A DNA stretch of 64,000 bases from the NCBI RefSeq assembly GCF_009914755.1, contig NC_060925.1; one strand, given 5' to 3'. This document shows positions 15,500 through 27,669 of this stretch, piece after piece. The notes under the pieces were generated by a model. That model saw only the letters and a program-made list of their open reading frames with translations, did not search any database and had not been told where the DNA came from. Position numbers and translations under genes: made by a program. The DNA comes from the human T2T-CHM13v2.0 reference genome, Homo sapiens. Position 1 is the stretch's first letter; each line of letters opens with the position of its first letter.

Positions 15500-15720
15500 C
15501 AGTCAAGGTGCTAAATTATGTATATCAGCTAACTTAATCTGTTCAACTACTTTACAAAGAACATCATAATTTATAAAATAACTTATAAATTTAAAAACTA
15601 AAAAATTGAGGGTCACAGAGTTTGATCAATTTTCCTAGTTACCACCAGTCATGGCAGAGCTGTAATATAAACACACTTGCATGTGACTTTCTAGTTCAGC
15701 TCATGACTTGTACCACCACA
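15500..15720 (-). mobile_element. MIR fragment
   Basis: AAATTGAGGGTCACAGAG ... ATGGCAGAGCTG resembles the antisense MIR core. Confidence 0.45.
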
Positions 15721-16596
15721 ATCCACTGAATCCTGAAGGCTAAGAAGTGTCTTTGGGAACAAAAGAGGAGAGTGCATTGGGATACAGGGCAGTCTATTTT
15801 TTAGACAACTTTTGAGAATTTACCCGAACCATCAGAAGTCTCAGCTTCACATTTTACAAAAACAGCAGTCAGGCCATTTGAGAGTTCACATAAATTTTGG
15901 ACTGACACCTTTACCATAATTTAGAAATAATGAGGAGACATTTTAGGTTGAGCTTTGAGACTGACATGTTTTGCTTACTGTTTTGCACAATAGTCATCTT
16001 CTCCTGAAAAGAATAATTCACTTATAGAAAAGAAGAACCTGTGATTGACTTGTTGTTGCAAGCAAATGAAAAAAGTTGTAATAATCAAGACAGGTTACTT
16101 TGAAAACGGTGAAAACCTGGGATCATGTGGGTATCAGCTTTTTTATATTTGTGTATAAATTCATTTACCTTGTCTAGAGCATCAAACATTTTTTTGGAAT
16201 AATAAATGGAGATGTTTTACCTGAATACTAATGTGCTGAGTGCCAGGTGAAAAATTAAATTGATATACTGTCACAATACTTTTTTTCGTTTTACTGACAA
16301 GAGATGTCATGTTTTCTTGATTCCTGATATATGGAGTGTGAACTGATAAATAGTATGGAGATGAAATTGTCAGCTACCATTATCACACTCAAGCAATTAT
16401 CTTTTCTGGTGGCTTGCAATGCCATGAAATTCAGATTCTGAAGTGTGGAAGCAGAGAGAAGGGGAAAAAAATGAATGTGACCGCAAATTGGAAAAGTGCT
16501 TGGGTTAGAAAAATAAGATTCCAAAGGGGCTCAGATAATTTATTGCTTCTTCTGAGATTGAAAAGGGAAGAAAACCAGGAAGAGGGGGCAGATTGA

Positions 16597-17455
16597 AGGT
16601 GGATCTACCTTGAAGCTAATACAGCTTGAACTTTAGGGCCCATTACATATAAGAATGCCTCAAGAGGGACCCTAGCAATATGTTAACATGACCGTACCAA
16701 TTTTAAATTTTTTTGCAAGATATTTAACGGCAAAAAATTGGGTCTGTCTTGTTCTCTCTGACTTTTCTTCCAGTACATTTCTGTGGTTTTGGAGTGACCC
16801 CATACATTGTGTCTCTAAGGAAATTTGGGTGGAACATATATTTTACTTTGGTTTAGTGGAATATATTTAAATGTTTCAGACAATTACTTCACATATATTC
16901 AAGTTACTACTTCCTCATTCTAGCATACAGATATTTTCCAGATGTACTTCTGTTGACTACTCTGCCAACTTGATTAATGTCGTGACACACTAGTATGTAA
17001 CCAAAGTAATATGAATATGTGATATGAATATATCTTAAGTTGGTCAGCATTTAAACTATGTGTCTAGTGGAACAAAAACAATGTTTGAACTGTATGGAGC
17101 CAGAAATTAGTCTGTGGAGAATTTTTCTAATAATCACATGTATAAACTATAATTGGAGAATTTGGTTTCTATCAATATTCTCAGAAATAGTCTTAATAAT
17201 GCAGTATGTAATAATGCAGTATGTAATTTTATAACATGTTTTGAAATTTTTTTCTGGTGGAAATTGTGTGAAATAGAATTTGTCAGGGTATATGTAGCAT
17301 TCAGGTGGCTGTATACCATCTTGCTACTGGCCTGAGGTTGAAGTTTTCAGTTAGATCAGAAGTGACAGAGCTTTGGAGATGCATTACTGGGAACTGAATG
17401 TACCTTTATAGAAACCTGTATACACTATGAACTTATGATGAGCCAACCACCATGT
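16597..17455 (+). mobile_element. Zaphod-like hAT-Tip100 DNA transposon, left part
   Basis: GGATCTACCTTGAAGCTAAT...TTTAGGGCCC, GGGACCCTAGCAATATGTT and GGAGCCAGAAATTAGTCTGTGGAGAATT match the remembered Zaphod left end. Confidence 0.65.
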
Positions 17456-20400
17456 GACAGCAGCAAGATGGCAAAATAGGAATTTTAGTGCTTATCCTCT
17501 TGGAGAAACATCAATTTGAATAAGTATTTATAAATAAAAATAACTTCACAATGAATTCAGTTAATTAATACCACCTGAGTGGAACACAGAAATAAGAAAA
17601 AACACACTAAAGAGGGTAGAAAGGACAGTTTCCCATTATCTGTGTCACTCCTCAAATCCTGCACAGAGCAGCACAAGGAGAGATACCCTCACCATAGGGG
17701 AAGGAGAGTGAAATGAGCACCCCCAGCACTGGACCCATCTCAGTGCCAGGCTGGTCCTCACGGTCCCAGGTTACAAGTTCGTCCCTACAAATCCAGGATC
17801 CAGACCTGCCACAGCATCAGCCTGGCCCTTGAAGCCCCAAGCTCCAGGTACACCTCTGCAAACTCAAGCTCCAGGCATACCTCAGAGCCAGGCTGGCCTT
17901 CACAGCCTTCACAGGCTGGCTTCAAGCCTGCCCTAATGTCAGGCAAGTCCCTGTGGACCCAGGCTCCACACTGGCTCCTGTGATACTAGGCTCCAGTGGA
18001 CCCAGGGTTGAAGCCCGCTTCAGTAGGCTTAGGGGCCATGCGTACCCTATGAGATCTGAGTGCTGGCCTGTCCCTGTGGACTTAGGCTCCAGGCCCACCA
18101 TGAACTGACTCACACACCAGGCAAGCCTGCTTGCTAGCTCACCTAGCTGGTTTGCTCAGACTCTCTTGATGGGATGAGTGATGAAGAGCTTTCCCTGCCA
18201 GGCCAGTCTGCAAAGACTGGAAAAGATGCCTACTTCTTCAAATATTCAGACACTAATTGTAGAACACAGAGATCATGCCACAACCAAAGGGACAAAATAA
18301 AATGCCAGTAACCAACCTTAAGAAATGGAGATATATGAATTGCCTGACAAAGATTTCAATATAATCTCTTTAAGAAGTTCAGTGAACTACAAGGGAACAC
18401 AGATAGACAACTAAATGAAATCGGGAAAACAATACATGAATAAAATAAGAAATTAAACAAAGATATAGAAACCATCATAAGTAACCAGATATTCTGGAGA
18501 TAAACAAAATGACTAAACTGAAATATTACACAGAGAGCTTCAGCAGCATATTTGAATAAGCAGAAGAAAGGAACAGTGAGCTCAAAGACAGGTGGTTTAA
18601 AATTGTCCAGTCAGAGAAACAAGAAGAAAAAATAATGAAAAAGTGTGAAGAAAGCCTATGAGACTTATGGGAAACCATCAAGTGAGTCAATTTACACATT
18701 GTGTCTTCTCAGAATCCCAGAAGAAGTAGAGAAAAAGAAAGACAGAAGAAAGCTTATTTTAAAAAATAGTGACAAAAAACTCCCCAAATCCAGAGAGAGA
18801 GATAAACAGCGAGATCTATGATTTCCAAAGAACCCTAAATAGATTAAATGTAAAGAGATCTCTATTGAGATACATTATAATCAAATTCTGAAGATTCAAT
18901 GACAGATAAATAATTTTGAAAGCATCAAAAGAATATTGAACCATCACATACAAGGAAGCCTCATAAGACTTTCTCAGCAGAAACCCTGCTGGTCAGGAAA
19001 GGGTGGGATAATATAGTCAAACTGTGGAAAGAATAAAAAATGCCAACCAAGAATACTATGCCAGGAAAATCAGTTCTTAAGAAATGAAGAGTTGCTCAGA
19101 TAAAAGCTGAGGGCATTTATTACTACTTGTGAGAAATGCTTTACCTGAAATGCTAAAGGGATTTCTTCATATAAGATGAAAGGATGCTAATTAACAAAAT
19201 GAAAATATATGAGGGTATAAAAATCACTATAAAGGTAAGAAATAGTCAAATTCAGAGTATTCTAATACTGTAAAGGCAGTGTATGTATCACTTTTAATTC
19301 TAGTATATAAGTTAAAAGACAAGAGTATTAAAATAACTAAAACTACAATAATTTGTCAATGGAGACATAATATATAAAAGATGTAAATTGTGACAGTCAT
19401 AAAATCTTGAAGGAAGAGAAATTAAAAAGTAGTTTCTTTATGCCATTGAAGTTAAGTGGTTATCAGCTTAAAATAGACTGCTATAACTATTAAGATGTTT
19501 TATGTAAGCCTCATGGTAATTATAGAGAAAAAACTTGTAGAAGATACACAAAAGATAAAGGAATTAATGCATTCTACTACATGAAACCATCAATTCACAG
19601 TCAAGAAGAAAGGAAAAAGGAACAAAGGAGGTACAAAACAGGAAACAATGAACAAATTACTTTAAATGTAAATGAATTAAATTCACCAATTAATAGACAT
19701 AGAGTTGTTGAACTGATTTTTAAAAACTACACAATATTCCCTATCTACAGCCTATAAGTGACTAATTTTAGCTTTGAGGACACATAGGTTAAAAGTGAAG
19801 GGATGGAAAAAGATATTTCATGCAAATGGTAACAAGAGAGCAGGAATGCTTATAATTATATCAGACAAAATACACTTTAATGACAAAAATAAACAAAAAT
19901 GTCATTTTATAGTGATAAAAGGATCAGTCCATCAGGAAGACATAATGCTTATAAATATATATGCTACCAATATCAGAACACCTAAAGATCTAAAGCAAAT
20001 ATTACCAAAATTGAAGGGAGAGACAGACAGAAATACAATCATGTTACAGGACTTCAGTAAACAACTTTAAACAATGGATAGCTCACCCAGACTGAAAATA
20101 AGAAAACAGTGTATTTGAATGACACTATAAAGGAAATGACCTATCAGGCATACAGAGAACATTCTATCCAACAGCAATCGAATACACATTCTTCTCAAGT
20201 GCAGACAAAACATTCTCCAGGATGGATCATGTGTTAGGCCATAAAACAAATCCTAACAAGTTTTAAATGATTAAAATTATATGAAGTATTCTTTCAATCA
20301 CAATATTATGAAGCTAGAAATAAATAACTGGAAAATTCACAAATACATGAAAATTAACATGTAGCTGAACATTGACGGAATCAAAGAAGGAATCAAAAGA

Positions 20401-22165
20401 GAAATAAAAAAACTTCAGACTAATGAAAATGGAAACACAATATGCCAAATCTTATGAAATGCAGCAAAAGCAGTTTTAAGAAGGAAGTTTATTGCAATAA
20501 ATGCCTACATTAAGAAAAATTAAGGATCTCAATAAATAGCCTAACTTTATACCTCAGGAAACTTGAAAAAGAAGAACAAACTAAGTTCAAACTTAGCTGA
20601 AAAAGAAAACAATAAAGACCATAGCAGGAATAAATGAAATAGTGACTAGAAAAATAGTAGAAAAGATCAATAGAGCTGAGTTGATTTGAAAAAATAAACA
20701 AAATTGGCATACCTTTAGATAGACTAAAAATAGGAGATGGTTTAAATAAAATTAAAAATGAAAGAGGAGACATTATAGCTGATGTCACAGAAACACAAAG
20801 GATCATAAGAGATTACTACAAATAATTTTATACTAAAAAACTGGATAACCCAAAAGACGTGGATAAATCCCTGCGTCATAAAGAAATAGAATATCTGAAC
20901 TAATCAAAAATGGATAAGAAGATAGTATCAATAATAAAAAGTCTTTCATCAAAGAAAAGCCTTGCACCTGATGGTTTCACTGCTAAATTCTACCAATTAT
21001 TTAAAGAATTAACACCAATTATTCTCAAACTCTTCCAAAAAATTTAAGAGAGAATTACTTCCAAACTCCTTTTACAAACCCAGCATTATCCTGATACCAA
21101 AGCCAGGCAAGGATACTGTAAGAAAGAAAATTACAGGCCAAAATCCCTGGTGAACATAGAAGCAAAAATCTTCAACACAATAATGGGAAACTGAATTGAA
21201 AAGTATAAAAAGGATCATATACCATCATCAAGTGGGATTTATCCCTGGGATGTAAAGATGGTTCAATATATGCAAGCTCATAAATGTGATACATTACATT
21301 AATAGAATAAAGGATAAAAAATTGTATGATTATGTCAGTAGATGCAGAAAAAGCATTTGACAAAATTCATCATCTTTTCATGATAAAAACTCAACAAATT
21401 GGATATAGAGATAATGTAACTAAACATAATAAAGGCCATATATGACAAGATCATATATGGTAATATCACATGGAATGATGAAAAGCTGAAAGCCTTTCCT
21501 CTAAGATCAGGAACAAGACAAAAGTGTTTATTATTTACTCTTCTCTTCAACATAGTACTGGAAATCCTAGCCAGAGTAATTAGGCAGGAAAAAGAAAAAC
21601 AACCAAATGAGACAGGAAGAAGTAAAATTGTCTTTTGGAGACAACATGATCTTACATATACAAAACTAAAGATACCACCAATAGGTGGTTAGAACTAATA
21701 AAATAATTCAGTAAAGTTCAGGATACTTAAGTCAACATATAAATTACATTTCTATACACTAACAGCGAGTTATTGGAAAAAGAAATTAAGAAAACAATCC
21801 CATTTATGTTAGCATAAAATAATAAAATTAACCAAAGTGGAAAAAGATCTGTAGACTAAAAACTATAAAACACTGGTAAAAAAAAATTGAAGAAAACAAA
21901 ATACCTGGAAAGTTATTCCATGTTCTTGAATTGGAAGAATATTGTTAAAATGCCTTTTCTACCCAAAATGATCTACAGATTCCAGGCAATCCCTATCAAG
22001 ATTCCAATGGCATTTTTCACAGAAATAGAAACAAATCATAAAGTTCATATGGAACCACAAATGACCCTGAAAGCAATCTTAAGCAAAAAGAACAAAGCTG
22101 GAGGCATCGCACTTCCTGATTTCAAAATATACTGCAAAGCTGTAATCAAAACTGTATGGTACTGG

Positions 22166-23171
22166 TATTGGGGGAACCCGCACCCAATATTTCAACGTAG
22201 GTTCTTTCTATTTTCCCTAAGTGTTGGCTCGTCTGAGAAATAAAGAGAAAGAGTACAAAGAGAGGAATTTTACAGCTGGGCTGCTGGGGGTGACATCACA
22301 TACCGGTAGGTCCGTGATACCCACCTGAGCCGCAAAACCAGCAGGTTTTTATTAAGGACTTCAAAAGGGGAGGGGGTGTAGGAACAGGGAGTAGGTCACA
22401 AAGATCACATGCTTCTGAGGCCAATAAAGATCACAAGGCAAAGGGCAAAGGAAAGATCACAAGGCAAAGGGCAAAATTAGAATTACCGATGAGGGTCTAT
22501 GTTCAGCTGTGCACATATTGGCTTGATAAACATTTTAAACAACAGAAAACAGGGTTCGAGAGCAGAGAACTGGTCTGACCTCAAATTCACTAGGGTGGGG
22601 TTTTCCCCACCCTAGTGAGCCTGAGGGTGCTGCAGGAGACCAGGGTGTATTTCAGTCCTTATCTCAATCACATAAGACAGACACTCCCAGAGCGGCCATT
22701 TATAGACCTCCCCCAAGGAAGGCAATTATTTTCCTAGGGTCTTAATATTATATTCCTTGCTAGGAAAAGAATTTAGCGATATCTCTCCTACTTGCACATC
22801 CGTTTATAGGCTCTCTGCAAGACGAAAAATATGGCTCTATTCTGCCTGACCCCGCAGGCAGTCAGACCTTATGGTTTTCTTCCCTTGTTCCCTAAAATCA
22901 CTGTTATTCTGTTCTTTTTCAAGGTGCACTGATTTCATATTGTTCAAACACACATGTTTTACAATCAATTTGTACAATAGTGGTCCTGTGGTGACATACA
23001 TCCTCAGTTTATGAAGATAACAGGATTAAGAGATTAAAGTAAGACAGGCATAAGAAATTATAAGAGTATTATTAGGGAAGTGATAAAGGTCCATGAAATC
23101 TTCACAATTTATGTTCCTCTGCCATGGCTCTAGCTGGTCCCTCCGTTCGGGGTCCCTGACTTCCTGCAACA
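22166..23171 (-). mobile_element. MER11 solo LTR (HERV-K11/HML-8; MER11B/C-like)
   Basis: Minus strand starts TGTTGCAGGAAGTCAGGGACCCCGAACGGAGGGACC; exact 6 bp TSD TACTGG at 22160-22165 and 23172-23177. Confidence 0.93.
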
Positions 23172-24192
23172 TACTGGCATAAAAACAGACATATAAAACA
23201 GAATAGAGATTCCAGAAATAAATCCACACATATGGCCAATTGATCTTTGACATAGGTGCCAAGAACATATAATGGGATGAGGACAATCTCTTCAATAAAT
23301 AGTGTTAGGAAAACTATATCCACATGCAGAAGAGTCAAACTGGCCCCTTATTTTACACCATGTACAAAAGTCAACTCAAAATGGATTGAAGACTTAAATG
23401 TAATATCTGAAACTATAAAACTACTAGAAGAAAACATAGAGAAAAAGCTTCTTGACGTTGGACTTGGCAGTGATTTTTGAACCCAAAAGCACTGGCAACA
23501 AAAGTAAAAATAGACAAGTGGGATTGTATCAAACTAAAAAGCTTCTGCACACTAAAGGAAACTATCAGTAGAGTGAAGAGCCAACCCTGGGAATGAGAGA
23601 AAATATTTGCCAACCATACATCTGATACAGGGTTAATCTCCAAAATATATAAGGAAATCAAACAACTCAATGGCAAGAAAATGACCCAATTAAAAAATGT
23701 ACAAGGAACATGACTAGACATTTCTCAAATGAAAACGTCCAAATAGCCAACAGGAATCTAAAGAAATGTTCAACATCACTAATCATCAGGGAAATCCAAA
23801 TCCAAACCACAGTGATTCACCTCACATCTGTTAGGATGGCTTTTACAAAAAATACAAGGGAAAAAATGTGTTGGCAAGGATGTAAAGTAAAGGGAGCTCT
23901 TGTACACTGTAAATGAGAATGTAAATTGGTACAAAAATTATAGAAAATAGTTTGGCGTTTCCTCAAAACTTAAAACTAGCACTACCATATGATTCACCAA
24001 TCCTATCACTGGGTGTACATCAAAAGAAAATGATTTTGGTATCTTGAAGAAATATCTACACCCCATGTTCATTGCAGTACTATTCACAATAGGCAAGATA
24101 TGAAATCAACTTAAGTGTCCACTAACGAATGAATGGATAAAAAATGTGGGGAGTATATATGTGATATATGACACACATATATATGACATATG

Positions 24193-24193
<1 letters not shown>

Positions 24194-24238
<45 letters not shown>
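24194..24238. repeat. (TA)~22 microsatellite
   Basis: direct reading. Confidence 0.97.
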
Positions 24239-24241
<3 letters not shown>

Positions 24242-24845
24242 AATAGAATACTGGCCTTAAAAAAGAAGAAAATTCTGTCATTTGTGACAACATGGATGAA
24301 CATGAAGAACATTATGCCAAGTGAAATAAGCTAGACAGAAAGACAAATACTGCTTTGCTTTTACTTCTATACAAATTCTAATAAGGCCAAATGTAAGGAA
24401 GCAGAGGGTACAATAATGGTTTCCAAGAGTTGGAGTTAGAGGAAATGAGGGAATGCAAATCAAAGGGTAAGGAGTTTCAGTGATGCAAGATGCATAAATT
24501 CTGGAGACCTAATGTACAGTGTGGTGACCATAATTGATAATATGGAATTGCATACTTGAAATTTGCTATGAGAGTAATTTTAAATGTTCTTACTACAAAT
24601 ACACAAATTGTAACTATGTGAGATATTGGATATGGTGATTAGCTTCATTGTGGTAATGATTTCACAACATATACAAATACATCAAATATCACATTATATA
24701 TCGTAAACATATACAATTTTTATTTGTGAATTATGACTCAATAAAGCTGGGGAAAAAGAATTTTTCACAATTCCTGAGTAAATATGTAGTATTTTTCAAA
24801 TATTATACTTATAGTAGCTATATATGAAAGAAACTTTAGAGAGAA

Positions 24846-25277
24846 TGTGTAAGTTATTTACTGTTGCAAAACAAATCTGCCTAAAACCTGTTGGCTTAAA
24901 ACAAAAATCATTATTCCATTGTCAGTAGTTTGGCCTAGGCTCTTCTAAGATGGCTCATCTTGCTTCACATGGTGCTTGCTGAGGCTCGCACATTAAGTCT
25001 AGGGTCTCGGCTGGGGTGGCTGGTGCTTTTTCTTCTCCCTCCATGGTCTTGAGTCCTTCATGATGCTGCACAGAGTGGTTTATATTTACAGGATGAAAGC
25101 ATAAGCAAGGTCTCTTGAAGAGTAGGCTCATAGCTCACACAATGTCACTTCTGCATTTTACTGCTCAAAGAAAGTCACAAGGCCAATACAGATTCAAGGA
25201 GCAAAGAACTACAGACACCTCTGCTTGATGGGAGTTACTTCAAAGAATTTGTGGTCTTTTTTTGCACTCTTATCATA
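24846..25277 (-). mobile_element. MLT1 (MLT1G/H-like) LTR
   Basis: CAATGTCACTTCTGCATTTTACTG...AGTCACAAGGCC...CAGATTCAAGG...CTTGATGGGAG...CAAAGAATTTGTGG. Confidence 0.7.
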
Positions 25278-25492
25278 TGGAATTTCCCAATTTGACCAAA
25301 ACTTAAACATATATGAAAAAATACTAAGTTGTCAATATCAAAGAAATCAATTATCAATAATAAAAAATTTAAGTCAATGGTACTAGAGATAAGCCTAAAG
25401 TACCATTATATTCTCTCTTTATAAAATGATATTAGAATATTGTTGTCATTGGAAAAGGAATCAGAGTATGAAGCCATAAATATGTAGGAAAA
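25278..25492 (+). mobile_element. hAT transposase C-terminal dimerisation-domain relic (continuation of the Zaphod-like element)
   Basis: Decayed translation FPNLTK...ILSCQYQRN.LSIIKN / SMVLEISLKYHYILSL.NDI follows the hAT C-terminal pattern. Confidence 0.6.
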
Positions 25493-25551
25493 CAATTCCT
25501 ACCTGGTGTGTTTGGAAAGAAGGATCAACGAAATCTGTCTTTGAGATACAG

Positions 25552-25701
25552 TTGAGATGAGTTCTTGTTATATTGCCCAGACTGGAGTGCAGTGGCTGTT
25601 CATAGACACAAACATAGCAAACTGCAGCTCTTGAACTTCTGGTCTCAATTGATCCTCCCACATCTGCCTCCTGAGTAGCCGGGACCACAGGTGAGTGCCA
25701 T
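25552..25701 (-). mobile_element. FAM (fossil Alu monomer)
   Basis: Monomer with the FAM-type segment GCAGTGGCTGTTCATAGACACAAACATAGC that dimeric Alu arms lack. Confidence 0.75.
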
Positions 25702-25729
25702 GTTTGTTTGTTTATATAACCCAGATGTC

Positions 25730-25925
25730 AGGACCATGTTTGGGAGTTCATAAAGCCTGGATTTGGATAAATCAACATTACTTAACAGATGAGAGATTTG
25801 GGGAAAGTACCTTTTTCTTTGAGAATCAGTTTTTCATCTGAAAAAAGGAATATCTATTTTCATGTTTTTATAGATATTAGTTTATTAATAATGCATTAAA
25901 GTTACTAATACACTGCTGGTATATA
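25730..25925 (+). mobile_element. MIR fragment
   Basis: TCAGTTTTTCATCTGAAAAAAGG core. Confidence 0.55.
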
Positions 25926-25939
25926 CCAAGCAGAGAGGA

Positions 25940-26136
25940 TACATTTTTGTTGAATATGTCTACTGTGTTCCATATTTTTTTCTAGATACTGGAGTTACAG
26001 GGGTAAACAAGAAAAAATTTACAAAGTTGCTACCCTCAAGAAGCTTACATTCCATAGTAGTAAGGAGCTTATGTATAGTGGGAAGCTGACACACTGTTGA
26101 GGAGCTTATATGATAGTGGGGAGCTTACATTTTAGG
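25940..26136 (-). mobile_element. L2 3' fragment with multimerised GAGCTTA motif
   Basis: TTGTTGAATATGTCTACTGTGTTCC...CTAGATACTGGAG...CCCTCAAGAAGCTTACATTC. Confidence 0.6.
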
Positions 26137-27669
26137 CCTCAACAAATTGTAGTTCACTTTTTTAGTATAAAGACATGAATAAAATGATGAAGAAAAATAA
26201 CCAGTATAATAGTCTGTAGAGATTTTGTACATTTCTTACTTAGAAGTGTGTATTAATTGATCAAAACGAGTTTAAGGTAAGAAGATGCTAGAAGTGTACA
26301 TATAATGAACTTGCCCAAACTGTAAATGGAGGCTAAATTATTTAGGATTACTCTAATCCAGTTAGCTAGGAAAATTGGAGCTCTGTCTCATTTAAAAGAT
26401 AGATTCTTATCAAAGGCAAGCTGTTCCCTTGTTTCTTTAGTATCCTGAAGAATTAAAAGAAATCCTAATTTAGGAATGCATTTCTATCTTAAAAAAAAAA
26501 ACAACTCTCAGTATGTTGAAAAAGTGTCTTTAAAAATGCATTCCCTATCTGTATCACAATTATATTGAAAGTATCAAATAATTATTTTGTATAACATTTT
26601 CTTTTACCATCTACTCTTTCTATAGAAATAATATTACAATATGCATTAAACCTATTGATTTTTTTCCTAGAGATGAATAAATTATTCTTATGCAGTTGCC
26701 TAGCTAAGGGGGAACAATAACACATTTTTTAATTGAAGTTTCAATTTTGAGGCAGAGCGCATTTTAAATGTTGTCTATCTTTAAACTTTGGCAATTGGTT
26801 TTGTGCTTGTGATTGAATAGGGTGTTTCTGCAAATGCAAGGAATACTAGGAAAACAGATAAGCTTCTCGTTTTATTTTTAATTCAGCTGTAAAGCCTACT
26901 AATGTTTTAAGGTTTTAAAAATTATATTTTCTTGGGTTTTACAACATGAATTAAAAGCGATGAAAGGCATAGTTGCCTTGTCTACACGTATTTTGAGAGG
27001 ATAAGAAATATTACCTCATTGACTGATATGGGATATTAAAAATACAACTCATAATTAGAAAAGTCCATTCTCAAAAGGCTCCTTCCTCTAACAGTACTTA
27101 GGTGATTTGGTTGTTTCACATGAAGTCCTAACTAGGTGGTGTTCTAGAATTGAATTTATGTTTTGATGTTAATATTATATCCTTTTCTGTCTTTCCTGAC
27201 TAGAATATGGCTTAATATTTTAGCTAAGTCATTTTCCATAGTCTTCTTTCTATTATTTTTCCTACTATTTTCTTTATAAAAAAGAACTTTTCTCTCTTGA
27301 CTCTTCTTAATTTATTAGAGCTGATTCCCTCTAATAGAGTCTTTATTTTGAAGGAGGATTTGAGCAAAGGTAGGCATTGTTTGGCTTTACTTTTCAGTGT
27401 AGTCTTAAGACAGTAACTTCTATATAGAATTGATGTTTTTATTTTCTCTTCTACCTTAAACGAAATACTTTATTATTCATGCATTGTAATCAAGGTTGTG
27501 CAACCTACTTCATCTTCATACTGCTATACCTCCGAACAGCCCACTATAGTCTTGCAAATAGTTTAAATCTCTGGATTTAGATCACCTCAGAGTGATAAAA
27601 ATTCTGCCTCTTTACCCTTTTAGTCATTATCAGCTCCTTTTTATACAACATGTTTTTTTCTATCAGGGT

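Larger units (their letters stand above)
17460..24757 (+). mobile_element. near full-length old LINE-1 (L1MA8/L1MA9-like), interrupted by MER11
   Basis: 5' CAAGATGGC start, repetitive 5' UTR (17720-18130), ORF1 and ORF2 remnants ([29 protein letters not shown]), L1MA 3' UTR ending CTCAATAAAGCTGGGGAAAAA. Confidence 0.9.
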
